Shown in pieces: positions 9,019 to 19,600 of a stretch of 64,000 nucleotides of DNA (position 1 is the stretch's first letter; each line of letters starts with the position of its first letter). A program made the position numbers and the translations under genes. The notes under the pieces are model-generated. The model worked only from the letters and a program-made list of their open reading frames with translations. It searched no databases and was not told where the DNA came from. Source of the stretch: Candidatus Sericytochromatia bacterium (GTDB lineage: Bacteria > Cyanobacteriota > Sericytochromatia > S15B-MN24 > VGJW01); the NCBI GenBank assembly GCA_035285865.1, contig JAYKHS010000005.1:1-64000 (forward strand), read 5' to 3'.

Positions 9019-12000
9019 ATGGCTCCACCGTCTCTCATCAGGCTCGACCTCGATCGCCAGGTCGCGGGGGAGGCGCGTTCCCGTCCGTGGGGGGTTCATG
9101 TGCATCCCGACGTGTTCGGAACGCTGCAGGACCCTGGTCGGAGTTTCCTGGCCCGCAGGGTGAGCCTGGTGCTCGGGCACCTCGCGCTCAGGGGCACCAG
9201 CCCGAGCACCAAGACGACGGCGGGAGCCAATGAGGGCTGGTGCCGGACGGGCTTGCGGGGCACGGGCGGCGCTCATTTCTACCTGTGGTGGGCCAAGGCC
9301 GGAACGAAGGCACTGCGCCATCTTGACCTGCCGAGCGGCACGATCTGGGTCCGGACCATCCGTCACCACGACGACCATGCGCCTCTCGACGTGGAGGACG
9401 CTTCCTCTTGGTCACAGCTGGAGCTCGACTGGGAGGGGGGGGTGCCCGGCCTCGAGGCTCCATGGACAGAGGCACAGTTGGCTTTCGCGCGAGCCGAGGA
9501 CCCGGTTCGGGTCATGGTTGGCCAGGCCGGCGGAGGCAAGACACAAGCGCTCTGGCAAGCGATGGCCACCCGCGGTGGCGAGCATGTCCTGCTCGTCACG
9601 TGGTCCGGGCCGCTGGCGGACGAGACGCGTCTGCAACTGGGTGGCGAGCCGGGGATTCCCGGTTTCCTGCCGGCCGATACGACGCTCGCGGTGCTGCCTT
9701 ACCGTCAGCTTCTGGGCCAGTTGCTCGGGCGGGACGTGCCGCACCGCAGTCTGTCCGTCATGCGCCGACAGTTTCTGGATGAGTTGGCTGCCCTCAAGTG
9801 GTCGCGAACGCGCTTGTCCGAATGGCATGGCCGGTTGGAGGCCTTGTTTGCCGAGCTGCGCGCCCATCACGCCGGCTACGTGCCTGACAACTACTGGGAG
9901 CTATCCGGCAGCGATCGGGGCTTGCGTCGGCTTGTCGACCGGCGCGCGGAGACCGGCAAGGCGGGCGAGGAAGCCGAAGGAGTCTGGCAGCGCCTCAGGC
10001 TGGCCGACGAGGCCCGGCGGGCGGAGCTCTTCCCCGAGTTGGAGGCTGCCCACGAGGCACTGGCCTGTCTGCTCGACCCCGGTTATTTCCTGCCGCCTTC
10101 GTTGCGTGATCTGGATCGTCTGGTCCTCGACGAGGTCCAGGATCTGACCAGGGTGGAGCTGGCCGTTCTTGTCGAGCTGGCCCGGCGTACCGGAGAGCAT
10201 CGCCAGCGCTGGCCCTTCCTGCTGGTGGCCGGGGACGAAGGACAGTCGGTGCGTCCGACGGGATTCATGTTCAAGTGGCTGGGCGGCTTGCTCGGCAGGC
10301 GCTACGCGCACGTCAAGCGTTTTGAGGCAGCGCGCAACCTTCGTTCCCCGGCGGCCATCGTGGAGGTCATCGACAGGGCCACGGACCTCTACACGCGCCA
10401 GCTGGCCCGGGGCAATCGCCCGCGAAAGAACCAGCGCCTCGAAGCCGATTCTGTGGCGCAGGCGCGCCTTTTGCACCTGCGGACAAATCCCGAGAGCGCC
10501 TGCGCTTGTGTCCGCGCGCTTGCGGATGCACCGGGCACGGCGGTCGTCATGCTTGGCGATGCCCCCCCCGATTGGCTGTCCGACGTGGACAGGACTGCCT
10601 GGATCCGGACACCGGAGGACATCAAGGGGCTCGAATTCGACAAGGTGGTCCTACTTGACCCCGGTCAGGAACTTGCGGTCCTCGAGGATGTGACGGACCG
10701 TGCCGGGGAGCAGCTGGATGCCCGGGTCCGCATCGACAGGCTCCGTGTTGCCTTGAGCCGTGCGACCGATCTTTTGGCCTTCGTGGATGTCGGCACTCCG
10801 GAGCAGGCGGACCTTGCCGCGGCCCTGTTGTTCGGCGAGGAGCGCACCCGTTGGCGGACCGTGAGCCCGGAGGTCTTTGCCCTCGCTTTTCGCGCCACTG
10901 ACGCCTGGGACCCGTTGGCGCGGGTCGAGCAGTTGCTGCGCCAGGGGCTGGCTGATTGCGACGAGAACCCGGAGGCCGCCGAGCATGCCTTCTCCGGGGC
11001 CATCGAGACCTTTCTGCATCTGGTCGACAGTCGGGAGTGGGATGGCCATCGCCAGCAGGATTCCTTGGAACTGGCGATCAGGCTCGGTGTCCTCCTGCTT
11101 GCGGGTGGGCAGCAGGCCGGGGGAGAGGCTGGACATCGGGCCTTGGCGAATCTGCTGGCTCCCTCGGGGCGAGAGGATCTCGGCCCGGTCCTGAAGGCTC
11201 TTGTCGCGGAGGGTGCGATCGGTGCGATGGATGCCCGGGGTGTCGCGCGTTTGCTCAGGGCACTCTCGGGTTTGCCCCGCGATCGTTGGACCGTCGGACT
11301 GGACAGGACGCTCGCCGACCACGCCCACTACTTGCTCGTGCGGATGCGCGAGGTCGCGGCAAATCCCGAGATTGCCGTCCAGGTCGCGTCGTGGGACCGG
11401 GAGTCTGTCTCCGCTCTGAGGCTTCCCGATGACGCGCGCGTCCTCCGGGACCTACAGGAACGGGCCATGGCTTCTCTTGCGGAGGCCGGAGCGTGGGCCG
11501 ATGTCGAGCAGATGTTGGCGCGCATGGAGCAGCCCCCGGATCACTGGGTGGTGCAATTGGCGGCGCGGCGCGGTGACTGGCGCATGGTGCGCGATGTTCT
11601 CGTGAGGGAGGGGCGGGTGGCCGAGGCCGCTGCCGAGGTTCGCAAGGCCGGGCAGCCCAGGGAGGCGCTGGCACTGCTTGAGGATGGCGGTGAATCCGTG
11701 CCCCTCGAGCTGCGACAGCTCGTTGCCATGCTTGATTGGCTCGAGGCCGAGGGAAGTCGGTTGTCGGCAGAGGATCGGATCCTGTTGAGGGAGTGCCTCG
11801 GGGGCGAGGATGCCGCACGGCAGGAGCGGGAAGCAGCGCTTGGCGGAATCGCCGACGTGCGGAACAGTTACCGTCGAAGTCTCGAACGTGCTGAGGCAGA
11901 AGCGGCGAAGGCAAGGCGTTTGCAGGACAAGGTGCGCAAGGATCAGGACCTGCTGGCGGCGCGTGCCGCACGTCTGGACAGGCTCGTCGGGGAGATCGAG

Positions 12001-12942
12001 GAGGAACGGCGACAGATCGAGCAACGCCGCGTGGCCCTTGGCCAGATCCCGGCGGATGGTGGTCCCGGTTGGCGGCAGCAGTTGGAGGATGCCGAGTCGA
12101 GACTGTTGGACATGATGGCGCGTGAGACGAACCTGCGCTTGGACTGCGAGCGCCTGGCTGCCCGACTCGCCGAGCGCGAAGATGAGATGACCCAGCTCCG
12201 CCAGGAGCTGCAGGACCTGCAACTCAGGGAAGCGGACGGCCGGGCACAGGCTCAGGTCCGTCAGGCCGAGCTGGAGGGGCGAGTCCATCATCTGGAGCAG
12301 GAGCTGGCAAGGCAACGTGCCCCCCAGGCTGCGGTTCCCCCCACGGCGCCGGACCCGGTGCCCGCGGCTGCCGCTCCGATTCCCGCGGTTCTCGAGCGTA
12401 AAGTTCCGGCCTTGCGGCCGTCTGCCATCCCCTCGGCCAACATGACGTCACAGCCGGGGGCGAGCGAGCCGCCTTCCCGTGCTTTGAATGCAAGGCTGGT
12501 GGCCGGTGTGCCCGTGACGCTCGCCGAAGCTGCGGTCCTCGCGGGGTTCGATCCGGATGACCTGCTCGAGCAGCTTTATGACAAGGTCGATCCCTTGCCC
12601 GCGAAGCATCGTCCCCTCACCGTGCAGCAGGCGAAGCTGGTGGCCATCCATCTGGATATGCTCTGGAAGCCCTTGGCTGCCTTCGTGGGGCAGCGTCCCC
12701 TGAGTCCGCTCGCGCTGGCCGAAATCGAGCCTCGGCTCGGCCGTTCCCGCCGTCTTGCGGACATCGCCGTCGCGCTCGGGTTGACGGAAAAGCGGGCCAT
12801 GCCCGTCGTGCAGCGCGTGCTCGCGAAGACGCCGAAGTCAGGGCGCGAGCTGTCTCTTGCGGACTGCGTCAAGGTCGTGGCGGCCCTTACGGGCCTCCTG
12901 GACGTGCCATCCCGGCAGGCGATTCGGCGTTGCTGGGAGTAG
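9019..12942 (+). CDS. Multidomain SF1 (UvrD-like) helicase with RelE-like N-terminus, helical/coiled-coil region and C-terminal HTH-like pair
   Basis: GQAGGGKT, LDEVQDL, AGDEGQS, NLRS, KGLEFDKVVL, RVALSRA; flanking domains inferred from pattern only. Confidence 0.85.
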   Translation: MAPPSLIRLDLDRQVAGEARSRPWGVHVHPDVFGTLQDPGRSFLARRVSLVLGHLALRGTSPSTKTTAGANEGWCRTGLRGTGGAHFYLWWAKAGTKALRHLDLPSGTIWVRTIRHHDDHAPLDVEDASSWSQLELDWEGGVPGLEAPWTEAQLAFARAEDPVRVMVGQAGGGKTQALWQAMATRGGEHVLLVTWSGPLADETRLQLGGEPGIPGFLPADTTLAVLPYRQLLGQLLGRDVPHRSLSVMRRQFLDELAALKWSRTRLSEWHGRLEALFAELRAHHAGYVPDNYWELSGSDRGLRRLVDRRAETGKAGEEAEGVWQRLRLADEARRAELFPELEAAHEALACLLDPGYFLPPSLRDLDRLVLDEVQDLTRVELAVLVELARRTGEHRQRWPFLLVAGDEGQSVRPTGFMFKWLGGLLGRRYAHVKRFEAARNLRSPAAIVEVIDRATDLYTRQLARGNRPRKNQRLEADSVAQARLLHLRTNPESACACVRALADAPGTAVVMLGDAPPDWLSDVDRTAWIRTPEDIKGLEFDKVVLLDPGQELAVLEDVTDRAGEQLDARVRIDRLRVALSRATDLLAFVDVGTPEQADLAAALLFGEERTRWRTVSPEVFALAFRATDAWDPLARVEQLLRQGLADCDENPEAAEHAFSGAIETFLHLVDSREWDGHRQQDSLELAIRLGVLLLAGGQQAGGEAGHRALANLLAPSGREDLGPVLKALVAEGAIGAMDARGVARLLRALSGLPRDRWTVGLDRTLADHAHYLLVRMREVAANPEIAVQVASWDRESVSALRLPDDARVLRDLQERAMASLAEAGAWADVEQMLARMEQPPDHWVVQLAARRGDWRMVRDVLVREGRVAEAAAEVRKAGQPREALALLEDGGESVPLELRQLVAMLDWLEAEGSRLSAEDRILLRECLGGEDAARQEREAALGGIADVRNSYRRSLERAEAEAAKARRLQDKVRKDQDLLAARAARLDRLVGEIEEERRQIEQRRVALGQIPADGGPGWRQQLEDAESRLLDMMARETNLRLDCERLAARLAEREDEMTQLRQELQDLQLREADGRAQAQVRQAELEGRVHHLEQELARQRAPQAAVPPTAPDPVPAAAAPIPAVLERKVPALRPSAIPSANMTSQPGASEPPSRALNARLVAGVPVTLAEAAVLAGFDPDDLLEQLYDKVDPLPAKHRPLTVQQAKLVAIHLDMLWKPLAAFVGQRPLSPLALAEIEPRLGRSRRLADIAVALGLTEKRAMPVVQRVLAKTPKSGRELSLADCVKVVAALTGLLDVPSRQAIRRCWE

Positions 12943-12952
12943 CATGCCAGCC

Positions 12953-13276
12953 ATGCTACGGACTCCGATGTCGCGTCTACGCCTGCTGAACGCTCTTGAG
13001 GGCCTTTCCTTCCACCTGCTGCTGCTGGTGGCCATGCCACTCAAATACATTTACGGTCACCCGGAGTTCGTCCGCTTTCTCGGGATGGCGCACGGCGTCC
13101 TGTTCGTGGCGCTTGGTGCAGCTGCGGTCGATGCGGCCGCGGCCCGTCGATGGCCCCTATGGCGCGTGCCGCTCCTGCTGTTCGTGGCCTCCCTTCCGCT
13201 GGGTTCATTCTGGCTGGATCGCCGCTGGTTGAGGGATCGTTCCGGCGCGGATGGTGCTCGCGCCTCCGAGGCCTGA
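12953..13276 (+). CDS. DUF3817 family small membrane protein
   Basis: LEGLSF..LVAMPLKY, GMAHGVLF, PLGSF. Confidence 0.85.
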   Translation: MLRTPMSRLRLLNALEGLSFHLLLLVAMPLKYIYGHPEFVRFLGMAHGVLFVALGAAAVDAAAARRWPLWRVPLLLFVASLPLGSFWLDRRWLRDRSGADGARASEA

Positions 13277-15136
13277 GCGGGCCAGCCACCACGCAGCCAG
13301 TCCGCGGTCCGCTTCGAGGCCCCACGCCTTGTCGAGGAGTTCGGCGAGGGTTCCCCAGGCCTCCGGTCCCGCCTGCTCGGTTGCGCACGCCAGGCCTTCG
13401 GCCATTCTTGCAGCCGTTTGCCAAGCCGAATCATCCGAGGGGAGGGGCAGGCTGGCGAGCTTTGCCGCAGGCAGGCGAATGGCCCCCGAGGAAAGGCCCG
13501 AGCCCGCCGATTCCCGCAGGGACCAGGCCGTTGCAGCCGGCGCAAGGATGGCCGTAGCCGCAAGCCAGAGCTTCTTGTCCGCGTTCGGCATCACGCTGAT
13601 GAGCGGAACGCCCGGGACCCAGGAGCCGCTGGTGTCGACGAAGGCCTCCAGAATGCGCGTCTGGCTGCTGACCAGCACTTTGGGGCGAAGGCGTGCTTGG
13701 AGCCAGACGGCAAGCGGTCCGCCGGCACGTTCGAGGCCGATGCGATCCACGACCGGGGCGTTCCAAGTCTGGCGGGCAAATCGCACGGTTTTTCGGCCCC
13801 AGTGGCAAGCCAGCGGATCGACGAGGCCGGTCGTGGCAAGCGGCAGGACCTCGTCGCTGTCGCGGTCATCGGGCCTATGTTCGCGGACGTGCGGGACGAG
13901 GCCGTAGTACTGGTCCCGGAAGTCGGCGGTGACCTGCGCGATCGAAGCCAGCACGGTCCGATCCGTGACCTGCACGTGGGGCACGCGGTCGGCGTCGGCC
14001 AGCCAGTTCGACCAATGACCTTCCCTCGCTTGCCAAGGGATGCCCTCGCCGGGGGCGGCCATCGGCCCGTGCCACGTTTCGAGGGTCTGCGGCGCGCTTG
14101 CCTTCCGGGCCAGGAGGGCCACGATGCGCACCTGTGCCTTGAAGATGCCCTTGCCCGCAAGCCAGAGCCCCACGGGCGCGGCCAGGCTTTCGAAAGCCCT
14201 TCGGGCCTCCGTGGCATCCCGAGTGGCCAAGGCGGTCTCGGGAAGGAGGATGCCGAGGCGGCCCCCCGGGCCAAGGGCCTTGGCAGACGCGACGGCGAAC
14301 AGCATGGCTTCGTCCACGTGGCCGCTCGCCGCATCGCCCCACCGTGCACGCAAGCGGGCCTGCCTCGTTCTGTCCCGTGCCGTATCCCGATGCATCTGGC
14401 TCATGAACGGGGGGTTGGCGAGCACTGCGGCGAAGGGTACCTCTCCCGCACCGGGCCACGGCTCGAGGAGGCTGTCCCGAAGCAGGATTCGCGCCCGGCC
14501 GCCCAGGCTCAGCCGTGCCAGCCGAACGGCCCACGGGTCGATGTCCCCCCCTGACAGTTGGCCTGAAGCCTGTTCGCGTGCTGCGTTCGGTGACATGTCG
14601 GTCAAGGCCTCCCACGCCTCGGCGAGGACGTCCCGCGCTGCCAGGAGCAGCGCCCCGTGTCCGCACGCCGGATCCAGCACCTGCAAGGCTTGCAGGTGCT
14701 CGGCGGCGTCCGGTCGCTGCCTGATTTCCTCCAGCAGCGGAGACAGGACGAGCCTCGCGAGTCGCGTCGCGGTGTCCGGTGGGGTGGCCCATGAGCCCGC
14801 CGCGTGCTTGCCCTTGCCTCGGGCGCCTTGTACCCGGCCGTCGACCAACCGCAGGCCCAGGGCTCCCTCTCGCCAACGGGCGATGGTGACGGCATCGGGG
14901 GCGTGTGGCAGTGCCGCTCGGATTTGCGTCCGGATTGTCTGGGGCAGGTCGGCAAGCCAGCCCGGTCCCAGGGGTGCTTCATCCGGCTGCGGAAGGGCGG
15001 CCACCAGGCAGTCGAGCAGGTCGGCCAGGGCGCCCTCAAGACATCCGGACGCATCCCGTGTCGTCACGTCCAATGCTTCGATCAGCGCCTCGAGCGCAGG
15101 CGCGAGGGGCGAGTGGCGGGACAGGATGGATGCCAT
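13205..15136 (-). CDS. N6-adenine DNA methyltransferase, gamma class
   Basis: GSWATP, VLDPACGHG, GGDIDP, LANPPF; long C-terminal TRD-like region. Confidence 0.85.
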   Translation of the reverse strand: MASILSRHSPLAPALEALIEALDVTTRDASGCLEGALADLLDCLVAALPQPDEAPLGPGWLADLPQTIRTQIRAALPHAPDAVTIARWREGALGLRLVDGRVQGARGKGKHAAGSWATPPDTATRLARLVLSPLLEEIRQRPDAAEHLQALQVLDPACGHGALLLAARDVLAEAWEALTDMSPNAAREQASGQLSGGDIDPWAVRLARLSLGGRARILLRDSLLEPWPGAGEVPFAAVLANPPFMSQMHRDTARDRTRQARLRARWGDAASGHVDEAMLFAVASAKALGPGGRLGILLPETALATRDATEARRAFESLAAPVGLWLAGKGIFKAQVRIVALLARKASAPQTLETWHGPMAAPGEGIPWQAREGHWSNWLADADRVPHVQVTDRTVLASIAQVTADFRDQYYGLVPHVREHRPDDRDSDEVLPLATTGLVDPLACHWGRKTVRFARQTWNAPVVDRIGLERAGGPLAVWLQARLRPKVLVSSQTRILEAFVDTSGSWVPGVPLISVMPNADKKLWLAATAILAPAATAWSLRESAGSGLSSGAIRLPAAKLASLPLPSDDSAWQTAARMAEGLACATEQAGPEAWGTLAELLDKAWGLEADRGLAAWWLARSGLGGASTIRAGTIPQPAAIQPE

Positions 15137-15170
15137 GGCAGGGTCGCCCTACACCATATAGGATGCAGCC

Positions 15171-16571
15171 ATGCGCAGGCAGGAGACGGAGGGGCGCGAG
15201 GCGTCCGGCCTCGCCTTGCACTGGCCCGGTCGTCGGGACCCGTGGAGTCTGCCGGAGCGCATCGAGGCGCCTCCGCTCGTTCGTCGCGAGGTCTGGCCCG
15301 GCCGGACGCTTGTCTCGCCCGGCTTGCTCTTCCACGGGCAAAACGTTGATCTGCTCACCTGGCTTGCGGCCGAGCGACCGGGCACCGTGGACCTTGTCTA
15401 CATGGACCCGCCGTATGCCGTGGGACAGGTGTTCTCCTATGCGCCGCCCGGACAAGCGGAGCGCCGTGTTCGGGCTTACGACGATCGATGGCGCGGGGGC
15501 CGGGCGGCCTATGTGGCCGGAATGGCGCCATTGCTCCCGTTGGTGGCACGGGTGCTGGCACCGGGAGGATTCGTGGTGGTCCATTGCGACTGGCGCACGG
15601 ATGCCCTGTGGCGGTTGATGCTGGACGAGGTGTTTGGCGAGGCCAGCTTTCGCAACGCCATCATGTGGCGACGCGCCCCCAATCTCGGGCGGCAGGCCGC
15701 CAGTCGCCAACTGGGGCGGGTGCTGGACACGCTGCTCGTTCACGCCCGGAGCCCGGACGCGCCATTTCCCGGACCCCATCCGGTCCGTTTTGCGCCGATA
15801 CCCGTCGATCGCGAGGGGCGGCCGAGAGGTGCGCAGTGGGATGAGGTCCGGGGCGCCTGGTTCGTCACGGCACCCCGTGGTGACTACACCGACGAGAGCC
15901 TTCGTCGCCTCGAGGCCGAGGGACGCGTGCATCGAACGCGCACGGGCACCGTCGGCATCAAGTACTTCCTGGAGTCGGACGGCGCGGGCGGCTGGGGGCG
16001 TACCCAACGCCTCGACACGTTGTGGGACGATTCTGGAGTTCGCCCCCTGCGGCACGCACCCCGCAGCGAGGTCTCGGGATACGAGACGCAGAAGCCCGAG
16101 GCCTTGCTGGAGCGCATCCTCGGTTGGATGGTGCCGGAGGGAGGCACCGTGCTGGATCCGTTCGCGGGTTCCGGGACGACGCTGGCCGTCGCCCAGCGCC
16201 TGAAGATGCGCTGGATCGGGGCGGATGCCAGTCCTGTAGCCCTGCACGTGATGTTGCGGCGCTTGCGCCGTCAGGAGGCTGCGGTCGAGGTGTGGGCGCG
16301 TCCGGAGGCCACGTCGGACCAGCCGGCTTCTCCATCGCTTGCGTGGACGCCCGAAGGTGCCGTGCTGTGCGGGTCGGACGCCGAGGTCGCAGGCTGGGGC
16401 GTCGGCCGTCTGGATGAGGTTGGTGCCTTCCAGGTCGAGCAGATCCTCGAGCGGGAAAGCGTCTCAGGGTGTCTCAAGAGCCGACTGACGCTGTCGGCGG
16501 AGGGACGGGGGCGGAGGGCCGCGCTCGTCTGGCATTGGGATGGTCGACGTCAGGTGATTCCCGAGCCCTGA
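15171..16571 (+). CDS. Site-specific DNA methyltransferase, N6/N4 beta class (Mod-like)
   Basis: YMDPPY precedes YETQKPEALL and VLDPFAGSGTT. Confidence 0.9.
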   Translation: MRRQETEGREASGLALHWPGRRDPWSLPERIEAPPLVRREVWPGRTLVSPGLLFHGQNVDLLTWLAAERPGTVDLVYMDPPYAVGQVFSYAPPGQAERRVRAYDDRWRGGRAAYVAGMAPLLPLVARVLAPGGFVVVHCDWRTDALWRLMLDEVFGEASFRNAIMWRRAPNLGRQAASRQLGRVLDTLLVHARSPDAPFPGPHPVRFAPIPVDREGRPRGAQWDEVRGAWFVTAPRGDYTDESLRRLEAEGRVHRTRTGTVGIKYFLESDGAGGWGRTQRLDTLWDDSGVRPLRHAPRSEVSGYETQKPEALLERILGWMVPEGGTVLDPFAGSGTTLAVAQRLKMRWIGADASPVALHVMLRRLRRQEAAVEVWARPEATSDQPASPSLAWTPEGAVLCGSDAEVAGWGVGRLDEVGAFQVEQILERESVSGCLKSRLTLSAEGRGRRAALVWHWDGRRQVIPEP

Positions 16572-16651
16572 AGGGCCGGCTGCGACAACTTTTGCCGGGG
16601 TGGGTATGGGAAGCGGGGAAACGTCTCCGACCACCCCCCCGTGGAGGCCTT

Positions 16652-19600
16652 GTGCAGCAGTCATCGACCCGGCGCCGCTGGATTCTTGCCGCGCTCTCCA
16701 CATCCCTGGCCGTCGGGTGTTCCGCCGATGACTCGGTGAGCGGAACGGGCAGCAGGCCGACGGCAAGGACTGGCGGCACGACGACCAAGGCCACCGCAAC
16801 TCCGGCGGCCGGGCCGACGGCCACGCCTGCTGGTGCCGTCCCCGCCGCATTGCTGCCGCGTTTGGTCCAGCCGGCTTCTGCCTCGTCCTTCGGGGCTGCG
16901 GATGCCCAGAAGCTTTACGATGCCTTGCTTGCCGGCAGCTTCTACAGCTTCATCGAGACGGCCGAGAGTGGTCTGCAGTTTGTCGGGCGGGTGGCCACCA
17001 AGCAGGGGGCCGCAACCAACATCAATGTCAGCTATCAGGATGCCTCCGGACGCAAAGCTGTTGCGGACGGGCAGGTCCTGACCCGTTCCGGTATCGCCTA
17101 TCTGCAGGTCGAGCTGACGGCGGAATCCGGCGAGAAGGCCATCTACCGCATGGCGCGCATCGGCGCGGACTATCGGGGCACCCTCGAGACCAAGACCGCG
17201 AATGGTACCAAGGTGGTGCTCGGGGCCGTGTGGCGTACGACACCGCCTGCAGCCTCCGAGTCCCGCTATGCCCCTGCCGTGGGTTCGACGGGCAATGGCA
17301 CGGGTTCGGGTGCCTTCGGCTTCGGCGCCGGTTCCATCGTTCAGTCCGGGGCGGCGGGCCTTCCTTCCGTGGCCCTGCTCCCGGGTGTCAATGCCGGAAT
17401 CCAGATCGATGCACAGACTCCCTCATCGGGCGTGGCCGGCTTCACGCCCGGCACTGGCGATGGCGGGGCCGTCGCCGACGCCCCTGGAACGGGTGGTGTC
17501 GTGACGGTGCCCACGCCGACTGCTGCTCCGACCGCGCCGCCCCTGCCGGCCAATCTGGCCGATGAGGTCATCTCGAAGGAGGTCGCGAAGACCTTGATCG
17601 AGCAGAGCGAGGAAGAGGTCAAGAAGGCACTCGGGCTCTTCGGGAACATCGCCGTGATGTATGCCTACGCCGAAACGGCAAACAACGGCCTGCAGTACTT
17701 CGCGGACATCAAGACCCAGGTCCAGCAGGACACCGGGAAACTTGCCGTCATGACGACCGATGCCAGTGGCCGACAAGGGCTCGGATTCGGTGAGATCAAG
17801 GTGGAGGACGGGTTCACCTATGTCGAGTTCGTGGTCTACAGCGCAAAGACCGACGAAACGGCGACCTTCCGTCTGGCCAAGTTCGGCAGCGAGTTCCGCG
17901 GCACCATGCAGACCAAGGACGCACAGGGCCGGGATGTCGTCGTGGGTGTCGTCTGGAAGCTCGAGGCGCCTCTGGACAGCCAGAAGCTGTTCCTTCCGGC
18001 TGCCGGGACCAGCGGTACCCCCAATCTGCCGCCCGGGGCCACACCCGATCCGGATACCTCGCCGGACCCCGGGGCGTATGGCTTCGGTGCCGGAAACATC
18101 ATCAACAACACCCAGGTCGATATCCCCAGCACGGTGCTGATTCCCGGCGTGAATTCGGGGGTGCAGGTCGACAGCAACACGTCGGGCGAGGGAACGGGTG
18201 GCTTCATTCCTACCGATGGAGACGGTGGTCTCGATACCGGCCTTCCCATTTCAGGCGGAGCCTATGTGGCCAATCCCGACAGCGGGACCGATTCCGGCGG
18301 GATTGCCGGCAGCGAGAGCAGCACGAGCCTGCCGGGTACCGTCACGCCTGCACCAGGCCAGCTCACGCCTGTCCCGGTGCTGACGCCCAGTCCGTTGCCA
18401 CTCCCCAGTCTGCCGCCGTCGTTGGAAGCCAGCGATCCGGATATCCTGACGCCTGCGGAGATCCAGCAGCAGGTTGATCCGTCACCTCAGGATGTTGCGT
18501 CTGGACTTGGCTCGCTTGGTACCCCCGCGCGCTACTATGTTTTCGTCGAGACTCAGGCGAACGGTCTGCAGTACATCGGTGACATGGACACGGCCTTCGT
18601 GGGCGACGGGGTCGCGCTGGGCTGGACAGACCCCAGCGGCCGCAAGGCCTCCGGGTCCGGCCGGATTGTCAGCGGAGTCGTGGCGTATCTTGAGGCCGTG
18701 ATGGGGTCCTCTCTCGGGGACGGTGCGGTGTTCCGTCTCGCTCGGTTCGGGGACGAGTACCGCGGCACGATGGAGACCACCAACGCCAAGGGCGAACGGG
18801 TCCTTGCGGGTGTCGTGTGGCGCACTCAGGCACCGACCGCGACCGAACAGGTCTTCGCTCCTGATGCGGGTACGGGCGGCAACACGCCCGGGGATGGATA
18901 CGGCTTCGGTGCCGGAGAGGTGTTGGACGCAGGTCAGGTGGATGTTCCGACCACGGTGCTGATTCCTGGCGTGAATGGCGGCCTTGACGCGGGTTCGACC
19001 GAAGTCACGGGTGGAACCGGTGGTACGGATGGCCTTCAGCCACCCGCCGGCGCGACGCCGCCCCCGGACTTCCCGCCCTACGTGCCGGAGGATGCACCTC
19101 CCGGAACGCCGGCATCGGATACCCCGACATCGGGTCCTGAGCCGACCCCATTGCCCATTCAGACCGTTCCGCCTAACCTCGCCTCCTCTACGGTCATTCC
19201 GGTCAACTCTGCCGGAATCGTCAGTGATCTTGCCGCGTTCCAGGCCGCTCTCGGCACACCTCAGAACCCGGCATCGTTCTACACCTACGTCGAGTCGTTC
19301 CCGAACGTGTTCCTCGGCACGATCCGGACGCAGTTCTTCAACGACGTGGTGACTTTGGGTTACGTGGACACGGCAAATCGCCAAGCCACGGGTACCGGGC
19401 GCATCCGCAAGAATCGCCAAGGCATCTATGTCTTGCGCACCCGCCTGGCCTCCAACTTCGGGGATTACGGCATCTTCCGGATGGTGCGCTACAACAACGA
19501 GTTCAGAGGCACGCTCGAAGTTCTGGCCAAGGACGGCACGCGCGTCGTGGTCGGTTGCGTGTGGCTCGGAACTGCAGCTTCGAATGCCGCTCCCGACACA

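Noticed and set aside
9019..16571. DISARM, BREX or type I/III R-M system
   Set aside because: The helicase is SF1 rather than SF2/Res, and there is no PLD, DUF1998, PglZ, BrxC or HsdS gene
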